Part shown: positions 48,501 through 57,121 of the stretch, piece by piece | Numbering within the stretch: position 1 is the stretch's first letter | Layout: the number at the start of each line of letters is the position of its first letter | Source of the DNA: Thermoproteota archaeon | Lineage (GTDB): Archaea; Thermoproteota; Nitrososphaeria_A; Caldarchaeales; Calditenuaceae | Direction: 5' to 3' | DNA length: 64,000 nt | Assembly (NCBI GenBank): GCA_030550235.1 | Contig: JAUQPU010000002.1 | Coordinates: 92,602 to 156,601 of the forward strand | Translations under genes and position numbers: made by a program | Notes under the pieces: generated by a model | Databases searched by the model: none | What the model was told of the DNA's origin: nothing | Seen by the model: the letters and a program-made list of their open reading frames with translations, nothing else

Positions 48501-49089
48501 GATGCCCACGAGACTCGATAATAGAGACCTTGCGCTCTATGACCTGATCTTCCGTCGATTCATCGCTAGCCAGATGAGGGAGGCAATTGTCTTGAAGCAG
48601 AGTTATAGGGTGAGGGTTCTTGGCTCCGAGTATGGTGTGGAGAGGGTTGTAGGTGTTAAAGACCCGAGTTTCTTAGAGGTGTTCCAGACTGTCAGGGTTC
48701 TGAAGCCTCTTACGCCGGGGGTGCACAGGGTTGTTAACCTTGATGCTAGGAGGGTTCAGGCCGTCCCACTGCTCCGTGAGGGGGACATCATAGCGCTTAT
48801 GCGGGAGAGAGGAATTGGGAGGCCGAGCACCTATGCCAGGATACTAAGCGTCCTCTACAAGAGGGGCTACATCTTCAACAACAGGGGTCGGGTCTTGGCG
48901 ACGAGGCTTGGGAGAATAGTTTACGATTATCTAGCATCCAATTTCGGCATGCTTGTCTCCGAGGACCTGACGAGGAGGCTTGAGGAGCTTATGGAGAAGG
49001 TTGAGGCCGGCGAGGTCGGATACCAGGAGGTGCTTAAAGAGCTCTACCAGGAGGCCATGCTGATCTCTAAGCTGCCTGAGAAGGCTTAA
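45538..49089 (+). CDS. rgy: Reverse gyrase
   Basis: CPNC Zn finger, APTGTGKT, DDVD, RGIDLP, QASGRSSR, VESPTKA, TDPDAEGE, SAGRVQT, ITYHRT, GIGRPSTY. Confidence 0.97.
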   Translation: MRSVYVSLCPNCEGAITDEELAEWGVCQQCILEEPRGEGRPVIKPGRYVQVLEMFEGFREFEEFFAGLVGSRPWSLQRTWTRRVLLGRSFPVIAPTGTGKTTFCLVMALYQATKGKRSYIIVPTSLLVQHLLERASALASKLGGNKPRIVGYYSDMRKKTTGQVLKQIVEKDFDILITTDRFLYNKFELLKDTKFSFIFVDDVDSFLKSPRNIDKILLLMGFTQEEIEKYLRLISGKDGDSGDGGEDEASLATSRPLDSVLLVAGATMKGRRSKRMSLFKLALNFEPGSSIDLVRNISNMYLRPGTSILESVGELVKRHGGGCLVFVPQVDGVDAAKKLAQYLNSIGVKAYAYERMNVKMLERFRSGEYDVLVGVASIRSPLARGIDLPERIRYVVFAGVPRRELTVTWSEHRPSMLLSVFRSLAPIIREKREGELIQVMGMLNKCVPTRREILEIVKQGIETGKTPEGFAGYVYNAVKRAHQLLKSSIGEEEMKRIAEMLDLKIRVDERGLSILIPDIDGYVQASGRSSRMFAGGITRGISILIVDDEKAFRGISRGLETLYEETFQEYERGLAEEEFKICDRDRRLLQAISREEVRPEAIDILKSSLIIVESPTKARTLAYFFGKPARRSIDGLTVYESVGEGYVACLSASQGHLVDLTTGYGFHGVSITDGEIIPTYIDIKRCLRCGEQFTDGESCPNCGSRRFYSKRDIIESLRKLALEFDTVFIATDPDAEGEKIGYDIYNNIKPFNKSISRLEFHEITRKALRDALKSPRGLSLPLVEAQTVRRIEDRWLGFELSRRLWERFGKKHLSAGRVQTPVLGWIIQRMEESKKRRTVATLILDDGSEIVLENIENLEDVRKNYRDGTLQVEVLDAGVVDETVLSPKPYTTDSLLRDASVMLRMSTAEAMTVAQRLFESGLITYHRTGSTYVSTTGISIAKIYISENYPQYFAPRHHGEPGAHECIRPTRPLNRRQLELYIQSGMLRMPTRLDNRDLALYDLIFRRFIASQMREAIVLKQSYRVRVLGSEYGVERVVGVKDPSFLEVFQTVRVLKPLTPGVHRVVNLDARRVQAVPLLREGDIIALMRERGIGRPSTYARILSVLYKRGYIFNNRGRVLATRLGRIVYDYLASNFGMLVSEDLTRRLEELMEKVEAGEVGYQEVLKELYQEAMLISKLPEKA

Positions 49090-49127
49090 TATGGTGAGCC
49101 CTTGAGTGGGTTTAGGGGGTAGGGTGA

Positions 49128-49241
49128 ATGTCGGCTAGCCAGTTCTTCGACATGCTATATACAAACGCCTATATACTCTTCCTAATCGGTCTCTCGATCT
49201 ACGCGCTATACGTCATCTACACCAACATCAGGTCCGACTAG
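49128..49241 (+). CDS. 37-aa single-TM microprotein
   Basis: SD GGGTGA; MSASQFFDMLYTNAYILFLIGLSIYALYVIYTNIRSD. Confidence 0.6.
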   Translation: MSASQFFDMLYTNAYILFLIGLSIYALYVIYTNIRSD

Positions 49242-50174
49242 CTGTCTAGTCTCGCCTAAAATGTGGGAGACTAGGCCTTCGAGTTCGCACGACCTGCAGA
49301 GGCTCCTAGAGGTCGGCTCCCCGCAGACCTTGCAGTGTGTTAGGGCTCCCTCACGTGTCTCTATCCTCGACTCTATTGCTTTTAGCGCGGCGAAGAGGGA
49401 GCCGGGGTATCTTGCATCGAAGTGGGCTAGGAAGCTCCTGACGAGGTCGCGCTGAGAGTCCTGTGCGTTTGGGCAGGGCGTCTCCTGGAATGGTATCCTG
49501 CTCAGGTATGCGTATAGGACGACCTCCTCCTCCGGGATTAGCCTGAGCGGAGAGACGCGCGGGATTATCCCATCCCCCTCTCGTCTCAAGCCTATCGGAG
49601 CCTTCGGAAATTCTCCGCGCAGCATATCCATCAGGTAGGTCTGGACTATGTCGTCTAGTGTATGGGCGGTCGCGACCACTGTGGCCTTAAGCTCGCGGGC
49701 TGCGAGGCTGATGCTCTTTCTCCGCCAGACCCCGCAAAGGGTGCAGGGGCCCAATCCAAGCCTCTTCAAAACCCCGCTCTCCCTAGCATCCGTCAAACCG
49801 GCTCCAAAGAGCTCTTTAAAAGAGTAGACCCGATGCTCAACCCTCAGCCTCCTACAGAGCTCGGCCGCAAGTCTAAGCGCCTCATCCCTATAGCCCGGAA
49901 TTCCCTCATCTATAGAGACTGCGACCAGGCTCGCCCTCGGGAAATCCCTCTCAATCCTGGCAAGTATCTTCAGTAGGCTTAGACTGTCCTTCCCTCCTGA
50001 TACAGCGACTAGAATCCTGTCATCCTCCCTAAGTAGGCTATATCTCGAGATGGTCCTCCTCACACGCTTCTCGATGCTCTCTTTGAAGCATTCGGCGCAG
50101 AAGGAGACCCCAGAGTAGGCCTGTCTATAGACAGGTGGGGACTCTCTGCAGACATCGCACAGCTTTCCGCTCAT
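49206..50174 (-). CDS. ttuA: tRNA 2-thiouridine synthetase, TtuA/Ncs6 family
   Basis: N- and C-terminal Zn fingers, SGGKDS PP-loop, CTLC, AHTLDD, CPNA. Confidence 0.88.
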   Translation of the reverse strand: MSGKLCDVCRESPPVYRQAYSGVSFCAECFKESIEKRVRRTISRYSLLREDDRILVAVSGGKDSLSLLKILARIERDFPRASLVAVSIDEGIPGYRDEALRLAAELCRRLRVEHRVYSFKELFGAGLTDARESGVLKRLGLGPCTLCGVWRRKSISLAARELKATVVATAHTLDDIVQTYLMDMLRGEFPKAPIGLRREGDGIIPRVSPLRLIPEEEVVLYAYLSRIPFQETPCPNAQDSQRDLVRSFLAHFDARYPGSLFAALKAIESRIETREGALTHCKVCGEPTSRSLCRSCELEGLVSHILGETRQLVGPDVGVDDV

Positions 50175-50227
50175 CCTAAGCCAAAACTATCTAGCCCCAC
50201 CTAGGTTATAGTCTTGGCGTGTACTGT

Positions 50228-51844
50228 TTAGAGGGCTTTGGCTGGGTGCTTCAGTATCCCCGCCTTGATGCTTCCGGGCCGGGTAGTATATGATGGGTAT
50301 CCTATGGCTACGACGGTCATTACCTCGAGCCCGTCTGAACTGGGCGAGAAAAACTCTACACAGTCGTCATCGTAGAATGTGAGGCCGGTGGCGCCGAGCC
50401 CGACAGAGTAGGCGGATAGGTAGAGCCTTCCAAGCCTAATCCCGCCCTCTAGCTGGGCCGCCCTGTAGCCCCGCCCCCCAAGCACGTTTAAGACCTTGTC
50501 TAGGTCGGCCATGTTGAAGAATACTATGGATGCGTCCCTGCCCAGAGCCTGTTCTAGGCATAGGTAACCGGCGGCCTCCCTGAACTGTCCTTTCCTCAAA
50601 AGCCGCAGTTCGCCCGTAGACGGTATGTATCGGTAACAGCCGCTGGGCATGCCCTCTACCGCATTCACGATCAGGTATGGGCGAATTAGCGTGTCACGGG
50701 TGTCTGGTAGGAAATCCGCCCTCAGAGGGCCGAAACTGTATCTAAGTATGGCTGAGAGCTGGGAGGCTCCAATACTTCTTCTCGCAAACTTTCTGGTTGA
50801 GCCACGCTCGAGAATCACCTCCCAAATCCTCTTCTCCGTTGTCGCCGGCTGGGGGGCTTGGACTGGGAGCCCTGAATTTCCATCTCGATCTAACCCGTGT
50901 AGCAGGGCTGCAGACTTCTTCCAAGACGCCACCTCATCGCTAGAGCGGAGCATAGTCGAGGCATGTGTCTCAGAGATTAGAGAGTATTTCACAGGCCTGC
51001 CTCTCTGGGCGGCCGGTACACCTTCGATAGGGCCGGCCACTCTCTCCGGGGCTTCTGCCCCAGCTGCCTCCACACGCCCATCCACGGTTATTACCGCGAA
51101 TACCGCCTCATCCTCTCCGTCAACGCCGAGAAGGCTGTTAACCTCGTCATCCACGAAGCCGGCGTGGACTTTGGCATCGAGGCCGAAAGAACAGGCAACA
51201 GCTAGGAGATTAGCTGCCATCGCGCCTCCATCCCAGAACCAGTGCCTATAGCTCCGCTCCCTGTATTTCCATGCATTCCTCCAACCACAGGCTGTGAGGA
51301 TGACTAGGAGTCTAGCGCTGGCTGCGCCCTGGTCTTGGATTGTCTCAGCAATCCTCCGCCTGAAATCCCCACTCCTAAGCCTCGTCAGAACGAACTCGCC
51401 TGGATCGAAGTGATAGACACCGGCCTCCACATCCTCTACCCATCCTATAACCGGGTAGAGCTCGGTGCTGTATAGCGCCCCAGTCGCCGGAGCTACTCTG
51501 AAATAGATGTAGTGGTCTCCAACCCTCTCGACGCGGCTTATCCCCGCAGTAAAGTAGAGGAGAGAGGCTAGGTGGCTGATCGATAGGGTTTTCGGGGCCT
51601 CAATAGACAGGCTGCATGTTAGTGCATCGGTTGCGCGGCCTACTGGCCTCTCAAACTCGGCCGGGAGCTGCTTCTTCTCCCCGCTGATATAGTATTTGAA
51701 TGGGTAGGGCTTGTTAGAGAAGTCAAGATACCCTGAGCCGACTCTGACACTGGCGTAGCTGTGTTTAGTCGCCTCATGATATCTACGGGCCTTGTCTGAG
51801 CCCCATTTACCGGATACATGTTCTGGGGACAAAAACATACACAC
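50228..51844 (-). CDS. SagB/ThcOx-family tandem nitroreductase-domain protein
   Basis: YHEATKHS, RVAPATGALY, WKYRERSYR, RGSTRKF, GYRAAQLEGG, GATGLTFYDD. Confidence 0.85.
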   Translation of the reverse strand: MCMFLSPEHVSGKWGSDKARRYHEATKHSYASVRVGSGYLDFSNKPYPFKYYISGEKKQLPAEFERPVGRATDALTCSLSIEAPKTLSISHLASLLYFTAGISRVERVGDHYIYFRVAPATGALYSTELYPVIGWVEDVEAGVYHFDPGEFVLTRLRSGDFRRRIAETIQDQGAASARLLVILTACGWRNAWKYRERSYRHWFWDGGAMAANLLAVACSFGLDAKVHAGFVDDEVNSLLGVDGEDEAVFAVITVDGRVEAAGAEAPERVAGPIEGVPAAQRGRPVKYSLISETHASTMLRSSDEVASWKKSAALLHGLDRDGNSGLPVQAPQPATTEKRIWEVILERGSTRKFARRSIGASQLSAILRYSFGPLRADFLPDTRDTLIRPYLIVNAVEGMPSGCYRYIPSTGELRLLRKGQFREAAGYLCLEQALGRDASIVFFNMADLDKVLNVLGGRGYRAAQLEGGIRLGRLYLSAYSVGLGATGLTFYDDDCVEFFSPSSDGLEVMTVVAIGYPSYTTRPGSIKAGILKHPAKAL

Positions 51845-51847
51845 CTT

Positions 51848-51901
51848 GGGTCAGGGTGAGCTGGTATCTTCACAGCTCAGCTGAGACAAATCTCATCATT
51901 C
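51848..51901 (-). ncRNA. Box C/D guide sRNA
   Basis: Minus strand: C ATGATGA - GATTTGTCTCAG - D' CTGA - C' TGAAGA - TACCAGCTCACC - D CTGA; two 12-nt guides. Confidence 0.88.
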
Positions 51902-53113
51902 CTGCTGAACGTCTTGCCGGCCAGTAGATATATTTTTCCAAGGAGATAGGCTCACACCGTCGAAAACATAGACCTCTCCAAGCGTCTTAGACACAGTCTC
52001 CTCAAGTCCAAGCCTCAACCACTCCGCCTCCACATCCTCGAGCCTCGGCCGTGGAATGGGGTGCCGCGAGATAATCGAGCAGCAGTCCTTATACTCCTTG
52101 ATTGAGAGCTCGTAGAGGCCGAGTCTCTGGGAGAGGCGGATAATCTCTTCCTTGTCAAACCCTATCAGCGGGCGAAGGACCAGCATTCCTAGGCTGTGAG
52201 TGGCGGCTATGAGGGACTCGAGTGTCTGGGAGGCAACCTGGGCCAAGGAATCTCCGCTGACTATTGCTTTGGCCCCTATGATGGATCCCAGCTCCTCTGC
52301 AAGTCTGAACATGAATCTCCTGAAGAGGGCTAGCTCGAGTCCCGGCTTGGCGGATAGGGAGCTGGCTAGAAAGTGGTGGTATGGGGCGAGATACAGCCTC
52401 GAGACTGGGCTTGTATCCTTCAGCCTTAGGTAAAGCTCCCCAATCTTGTCTGATATAGCGTCCTGCGGGGTGGGGAGGGCGTAGACGTGGAGCATATCTA
52501 CGATGCATCCGCGCTTCATCATGAGCCATGCGGCAACTGGCGAGTCTATTCCACCTGAGAGAAGCGCGAGGACACGCCCCGAGGCCCCAACCGGCAGGCC
52601 ACTCACTCCCTCAAACCTCCGCCAACCAAAGAGGAAGGCATCATCCAAGACGCTAACCCAGAAGACGGTCTCAGGATTTTTCAAATCCACAGTGGCCCCC
52701 GTCGCTTTCCTTATCCTCTCGCCCATCTCTCTCATGATTTCGAGCGAGGTTTTTGGGTAGGACTTGTCTGCCCGCGAGGCTTTGACCGCTATGCGTGAGG
52801 GGGTAAGCTCTCTAGCCTTTTCCTCGGCTACGCGCATCAGAAGCTCATAATCCCTAGGCATCATGTATCCTGTCCGGGTCCATCTAACCCCCGGAACCCT
52901 GCTTATCCGCTGAGCCAACTCAACAGCTTCCTTCTCGCCTCCGACCTCAACTATTATCCTTGCCTGCTTACGATGTAGGCATAGCCCATGCCCCCCAATA
53001 GACCTGGCTATGTTCCTGGCCAACATCCTCTCTAGCCTCGGCCTGTTACCGCCCTTCACCATTAACTCTGAAGCGGCGGCGATAACCACGTTTCTAAGCT
53101 GGCTGGCAGCCAT
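51896..53113 (-). CDS. thiI: tRNA 4-thiouridine synthase ThiI (THUMP + PP-loop, no rhodanese domain)
   Basis: ELMVKG, VDLKNP, GLPVG, LLSGGIDSPVA, GDSLAQVASQT, RPLIGFDK, DCC. Confidence 0.92.
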   Translation of the reverse strand: MAASQLRNVVIAAASELMVKGGNRPRLERMLARNIARSIGGHGLCLHRKQARIIVEVGGEKEAVELAQRISRVPGVRWTRTGYMMPRDYELLMRVAEEKARELTPSRIAVKASRADKSYPKTSLEIMREMGERIRKATGATVDLKNPETVFWVSVLDDAFLFGWRRFEGVSGLPVGASGRVLALLSGGIDSPVAAWLMMKRGCIVDMLHVYALPTPQDAISDKIGELYLRLKDTSPVSRLYLAPYHHFLASSLSAKPGLELALFRRFMFRLAEELGSIIGAKAIVSGDSLAQVASQTLESLIAATHSLGMLVLRPLIGFDKEEIIRLSQRLGLYELSIKEYKDCCSIISRHPIPRPRLEDVEAEWLRLGLEETVSKTLGEVYVFDGVSLSPWKNISTGRQDVQQE

Positions 53114-53220
53114 CTCCCTCCTACAATCTCTAGCGCCCGCGCTCTACCTAAAAGTTATGGATACTGGCGGTGTGTTCTGTGGGAATCCTTGAATAAGCGG
53201 GCTGTTGTAACATTGTTGGA

Positions 53221-54459
53221 GTGGAGGGCTGGGCCTGGGCTGCTACTGGCAGCGTCGAGAAGAGTCTAGAGTCCCTCAACTGCCAGGTCTGCCGAGGAGT
53301 TGCGAAGAATTGTAGCCTAATGAGCTGCCCCTTCTACAGGGAGGCTGTAAAACAGGCTCTAGAGTCTCTTAGGAGCCGTGAGGTGTTGTTTGGCCCCACC
53401 CCCCCAACCGTACTAGTTGGTGAGTGGGGGTATCCAAGGGTCTACACAGGCACAGCCCTACTGCTCTCAACAGACATGGACCCTCGGATTCTAGAGTCGC
53501 CGAAGTCTTGGCTCAACTTATCCCTCGACGAGCTCCTCAACATGAGGCTGAGCCTCCTACTAGGTAGGACACGAGTGCACGTCGACTTGGCAAGGAGCCC
53601 CGCCAAGATAATCGATGTTGTACAGGGATCTTCGGCGTCTCAGAGGCCCGTCGACTTGGAGCTGAAGATATCGTCGGGGAGACTAAGCTTTGTCCCTGGC
53701 TTCGGAGTTAGGCACTCGCCCTACGGTCCGGCCGGTAGGGTCGAGTATCTCAAGCTCGTAGACAATCCCGCGATACCAAGGCAGGTCGACCGCATCATCA
53801 GCGACCCGTACACTCCGACAGTCGAGGCTGTAGAGAAGCTCACATACTCAGGCATCGACGAATACTACCTCACGAGGCTCCTCTCCTCTGGGCTACTGGG
53901 AAGGAGAATTGACAGGAAGCTAGTCCCGACAGAGTGGAGCATAACGGCGATAGACGATATGCTGGGAAAAACAGTCCTGAGGCGCGTCAAGCGGTTTAGG
54001 GTAATTGAGGAGTTCAGACTCTACACTTTCAGCGCCCACTTCAACACTGCATATGTGATGCTAACGCCGACTCCTTGGATGTTTGAGCTCCTGGAAGGCT
54101 GGGTGAGAAGCATGAAGGTCTACTCAGACTACGAGCTCACATGGAGTAGGTCAAATTACGCTGAGAATACTGGGGGCGCCTACTACGCCTGCAGGCTCCC
54201 AATCCTCAACTACTTAGACCGTCTAAGGGCCCAGGCTGGGGCAATAGTCTTCTTCGAAGTTGATAAGGGCTGGATCCCCCTCGGTGTCTGGAGGTTTAGA
54301 GAGATTGTCCGCGTGGCTCTCGAGAAGAATCCAACAAAGTTTGGAAGCCTCAGTGAAGCCTTGGGGTTCCTGGAGGGCAGGCTGAAGCTTGGGCTAAAGA
54401 AGTATCTGGCGACCAGCCATCTAATCCCGTTCCTCCATAAGCAGATAAGCCTTGTGTAA
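53221..54459 (+). CDS. nreA: Nre-family DNA repair protein
   Basis: N-terminal Cys cluster, VGEWGYP, LVPTEWSITAID, GGAYYA, PLGVW, PIP-like QISL at the C-terminus. Confidence 0.88.
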   Translation: MEGWAWAATGSVEKSLESLNCQVCRGVAKNCSLMSCPFYREAVKQALESLRSREVLFGPTPPTVLVGEWGYPRVYTGTALLLSTDMDPRILESPKSWLNLSLDELLNMRLSLLLGRTRVHVDLARSPAKIIDVVQGSSASQRPVDLELKISSGRLSFVPGFGVRHSPYGPAGRVEYLKLVDNPAIPRQVDRIISDPYTPTVEAVEKLTYSGIDEYYLTRLLSSGLLGRRIDRKLVPTEWSITAIDDMLGKTVLRRVKRFRVIEEFRLYTFSAHFNTAYVMLTPTPWMFELLEGWVRSMKVYSDYELTWSRSNYAENTGGAYYACRLPILNYLDRLRAQAGAIVFFEVDKGWIPLGVWRFREIVRVALEKNPTKFGSLSEALGFLEGRLKLGLKKYLATSHLIPFLHKQISLV

Positions 54460-54483
54460 AGATCATTCACAATATTTAATAGA

Positions 54484-55212
54484 ATGGGTAGTAAATTATC
54501 CATCAGCATGGAGTCAGATGGAGATTACGCCATAGTCCTCGAGGATGTCTGGAAGGTCTATAAGACGGGGAAGACCGAGTACCCAGCCCTAAGAGGATTA
54601 ACGCTCTCTGTGAAGAGCGGCGAGATGGTCTCAATCATGGGCCCCAGTGGAAGCGGCAAATCTACACTACTACACATAGCCGGGACGCTCGATAGGCCTA
54701 CAAAAGGCCGTGTCTCAATATACGGCATCGACACTTCTAGGCTAGACGACTCGAAGCTAAGCGAGATTAGAAACAGATTCATAGGATTCGTCTTCCAATC
54801 CTACAACCTGATCAATAGACTTTCAGCCCTAAACAACGTCTCCCTCCCCCTAGCCGTGAGGGGTGTTCCGCTCCAGGAGCGTCAGGCCGCTGCACTGGAG
54901 GCTTTAAAGCTTGTTGGGCTGGAGCATTTTGCGAACAAGAAGCCTACCGAGCTTAGTGGGGGGGAGCAGCAGAGGGTGGCAATAGCCCGCGGCCTAGTAG
55001 GCAGGCCTAGGATACTGTTGGCAGACGAGCCTACAGGTAACCTGGACACTAAGAACGCCGTGGCGATTATGGAGATTCTGAGAAACATCAATAAGACATT
55101 AGGCACCACCATCGTTATAGTAACACACAACCCTGAGATCGCAGAGAAGTGCGACAGGATTGTTAGGCTGAGAGATGGGAGGGTAGAATCGGAGGTGATA
55201 CTTCATGCTTAG
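54484..55212 (+). CDS. LolD/MacB-type ABC ATPase
   Basis: GPSGSGKST, FVFQSYNL, LSGGEQQR, LADEPTGNLD. Confidence 0.93.
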   Translation: MGSKLSISMESDGDYAIVLEDVWKVYKTGKTEYPALRGLTLSVKSGEMVSIMGPSGSGKSTLLHIAGTLDRPTKGRVSIYGIDTSRLDDSKLSEIRNRFIGFVFQSYNLINRLSALNNVSLPLAVRGVPLQERQAAALEALKLVGLEHFANKKPTELSGGEQQRVAIARGLVGRPRILLADEPTGNLDTKNAVAIMEILRNINKTLGTTIVIVTHNPEIAEKCDRIVRLRDGRVESEVILHA

Positions 55213-57121
55213 GCCTCTACTTCTAGCATCACTGCTCCTACTAGCTCTGGTCGCGCCGCTCTCAACCGTGAATGCGAGCACCAATACCGTCAGGTATCTC
55301 GGAGCCTACTGGGGCCAGAATAATCTTAGAGAGGAGGTTGCGCCTGGGGATAGTGGTGTACGGTTAACCATTGCACTCGGAAGCGACTACGAAGAGGACA
55401 GTATAACCGGGATTGTTGGTGAGTTGAGGCTTCCTCCCGTCATTAGGTCTCAGAGCCTCTCCACGCCAGATAAGGTCGAGGCCCACTTCCTTGGAGTCGT
55501 GCCTCCTGGAGGAGTCTTTGAATTAACATTCATAGTGAATATAGAGGAGTCCGCATTGGTCGGCGTAGATTATGATGGTACACTTATGCTTACGTATCGG
55601 GTGGTTGGCGGCTCAATGGTGATTCGATCTACCCCAGTCAAAATAAATATTCCCGGCAGGCCTGTGATAAAATTCACCCTAAATACAACCGAGATAGAAC
55701 CAGGTAGGATAAACGCGTTGAATCTTGCCTTGGTGAATGTGGGGACTGCGAAGGCTACTGACATTCAGGTCCTCATCCAGCCCCCCGCCCAGTCTATGTA
55801 TGGTTTGCTGCTTAGTGAACAGCCGTGGGTAGTTAAGGAGCTGCCTCCAGACGGCATGGTGAATCAGGTAGTATTGGTGTATGCGTCTCAGGTGGCGGGT
55901 GACTCGGTCATGCCTCTTACACTCTCAGCAAGATATAGGAATGCAGTGGGTCTCTACGTAGATGCTACATCTAGGCTCAGCATCTATGTTAAGAGACCTG
56001 CAGTAAGTGAGGCTAACGTAAGAATTTATGCGGAGCCGGTGAAGATGGAGCCCGGCTCAATTCAGCCAATATCTATAGTCCTGGAAAACGTAGGCCCTGT
56101 AGTGGTGAGTGACATCCGGGTATCCGCGGAATACTCGGGGCTACCAGTCTCGCTCACAGGCCTCGCATCATGGAGCCTTGAGCGCCTAGATCCTGGGCAG
56201 AAAGTGGTTATCGAGGCTCTTGTCTCGACGGCACAGATAGCTGCAAATGGTGTCTACCAAATACCGCTCCAGATATCCTTCAAGGACCCAATAGGCAATA
56301 GCCTATCCAAGCCAGCCGTGATCACCGTCTCGGTAGGCGATATCCCGCCAAAGGCCCCCAACCTTCTAATAGAGGCGGAGCCGCAGCTAGTCGCGGGAAA
56401 GACGCAGACAATCACACTCACTGTCAAGAACATCCATTCAAGCGCGCTCAGACGTGTTTCTATCACAGCTCAGTCAGCTGATCCGAGGCTCACAATCATA
56501 GGCTCCAACAACTGGCTGATAGAATCACTGGGTCCTGGAGAGGTGGGGGGAATCTCGATGATGCTCTATGCCGCGCCTGAGCTAGCAGGGACCTCCTCAA
56601 CTATACAGGTATCCGCCACTTATATCATAAGCCAGACTGGCGAGCAAGCCTCGGAGGTGAGAGGGGTTGGATTTGTCGTCCAGGGCTACATCACACTGCG
56701 CATCTATGACGTCAAAGTCATCTTCGTCGGCGGTGAGCCCTATATCTCGGGGAACGTCCTGAATGAAGGAATATCAGACGCTCTCTTCTCAACCATACAT
56801 CTAAACAGCGGTTCAGGAACCAAAACAAGCGTCTTCATAGGCGAGATCAACCCCAATGCACCAATTCCATTCAACCTCAGGCTTAACTCCAATGAAAATA
56901 GATTCAGGGGCGAGATAGTTGTGGAGTATAAGGATGTATTTCGCAGAAACTACTCTGATGTCTTCCAAGTCGATGTGGAGATTCCGCGTTTAAACAGTGA
57001 GACTAGGCAGGAGAGTGGGCCGGGGTGGTTGGTTCTGGGGCTGGTGGCTGGAGGGCTCCTTGCGATAGCTATAGCAGCTTATGCCTATGCTGGGAGGCGT
57101 AGGAGACGTGAACCCAGTTGA
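55205..57121 (+). CDS. COG1361 S-layer-domain (repeated Ig-like) membrane-anchored protein
   Basis: Signal peptide, repeated NxGxxxA and LxPG units, C-terminal TM + RRRR. Confidence 0.82.
   Translation: MLRPLLLASLLLLALVAPLSTVNASTNTVRYLGAYWGQNNLREEVAPGDSGVRLTIALGSDYEEDSITGIVGELRLPPVIRSQSLSTPDKVEAHFLGVVPPGGVFELTFIVNIEESALVGVDYDGTLMLTYRVVGGSMVIRSTPVKINIPGRPVIKFTLNTTEIEPGRINALNLALVNVGTAKATDIQVLIQPPAQSMYGLLLSEQPWVVKELPPDGMVNQVVLVYASQVAGDSVMPLTLSARYRNAVGLYVDATSRLSIYVKRPAVSEANVRIYAEPVKMEPGSIQPISIVLENVGPVVVSDIRVSAEYSGLPVSLTGLASWSLERLDPGQKVVIEALVSTAQIAANGVYQIPLQISFKDPIGNSLSKPAVITVSVGDIPPKAPNLLIEAEPQLVAGKTQTITLTVKNIHSSALRRVSITAQSADPRLTIIGSNNWLIESLGPGEVGGISMMLYAAPELAGTSSTIQVSATYIISQTGEQASEVRGVGFVVQGYITLRIYDVKVIFVGGEPYISGNVLNEGISDALFSTIHLNSGSGTKTSVFIGEINPNAPIPFNLRLNSNENRFRGEIVVEYKDVFRRNYSDVFQVDVEIPRLNSETRQESGPGWLVLGLVAGGLLAIAIAAYAYAGRRRRREPS

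Noticed and set aside
50228-51844. RiPP (TOMM) biosynthetic cluster
   Set aside because: No YcaO cyclodehydratase or Cys/Ser/Thr-rich precursor nearby
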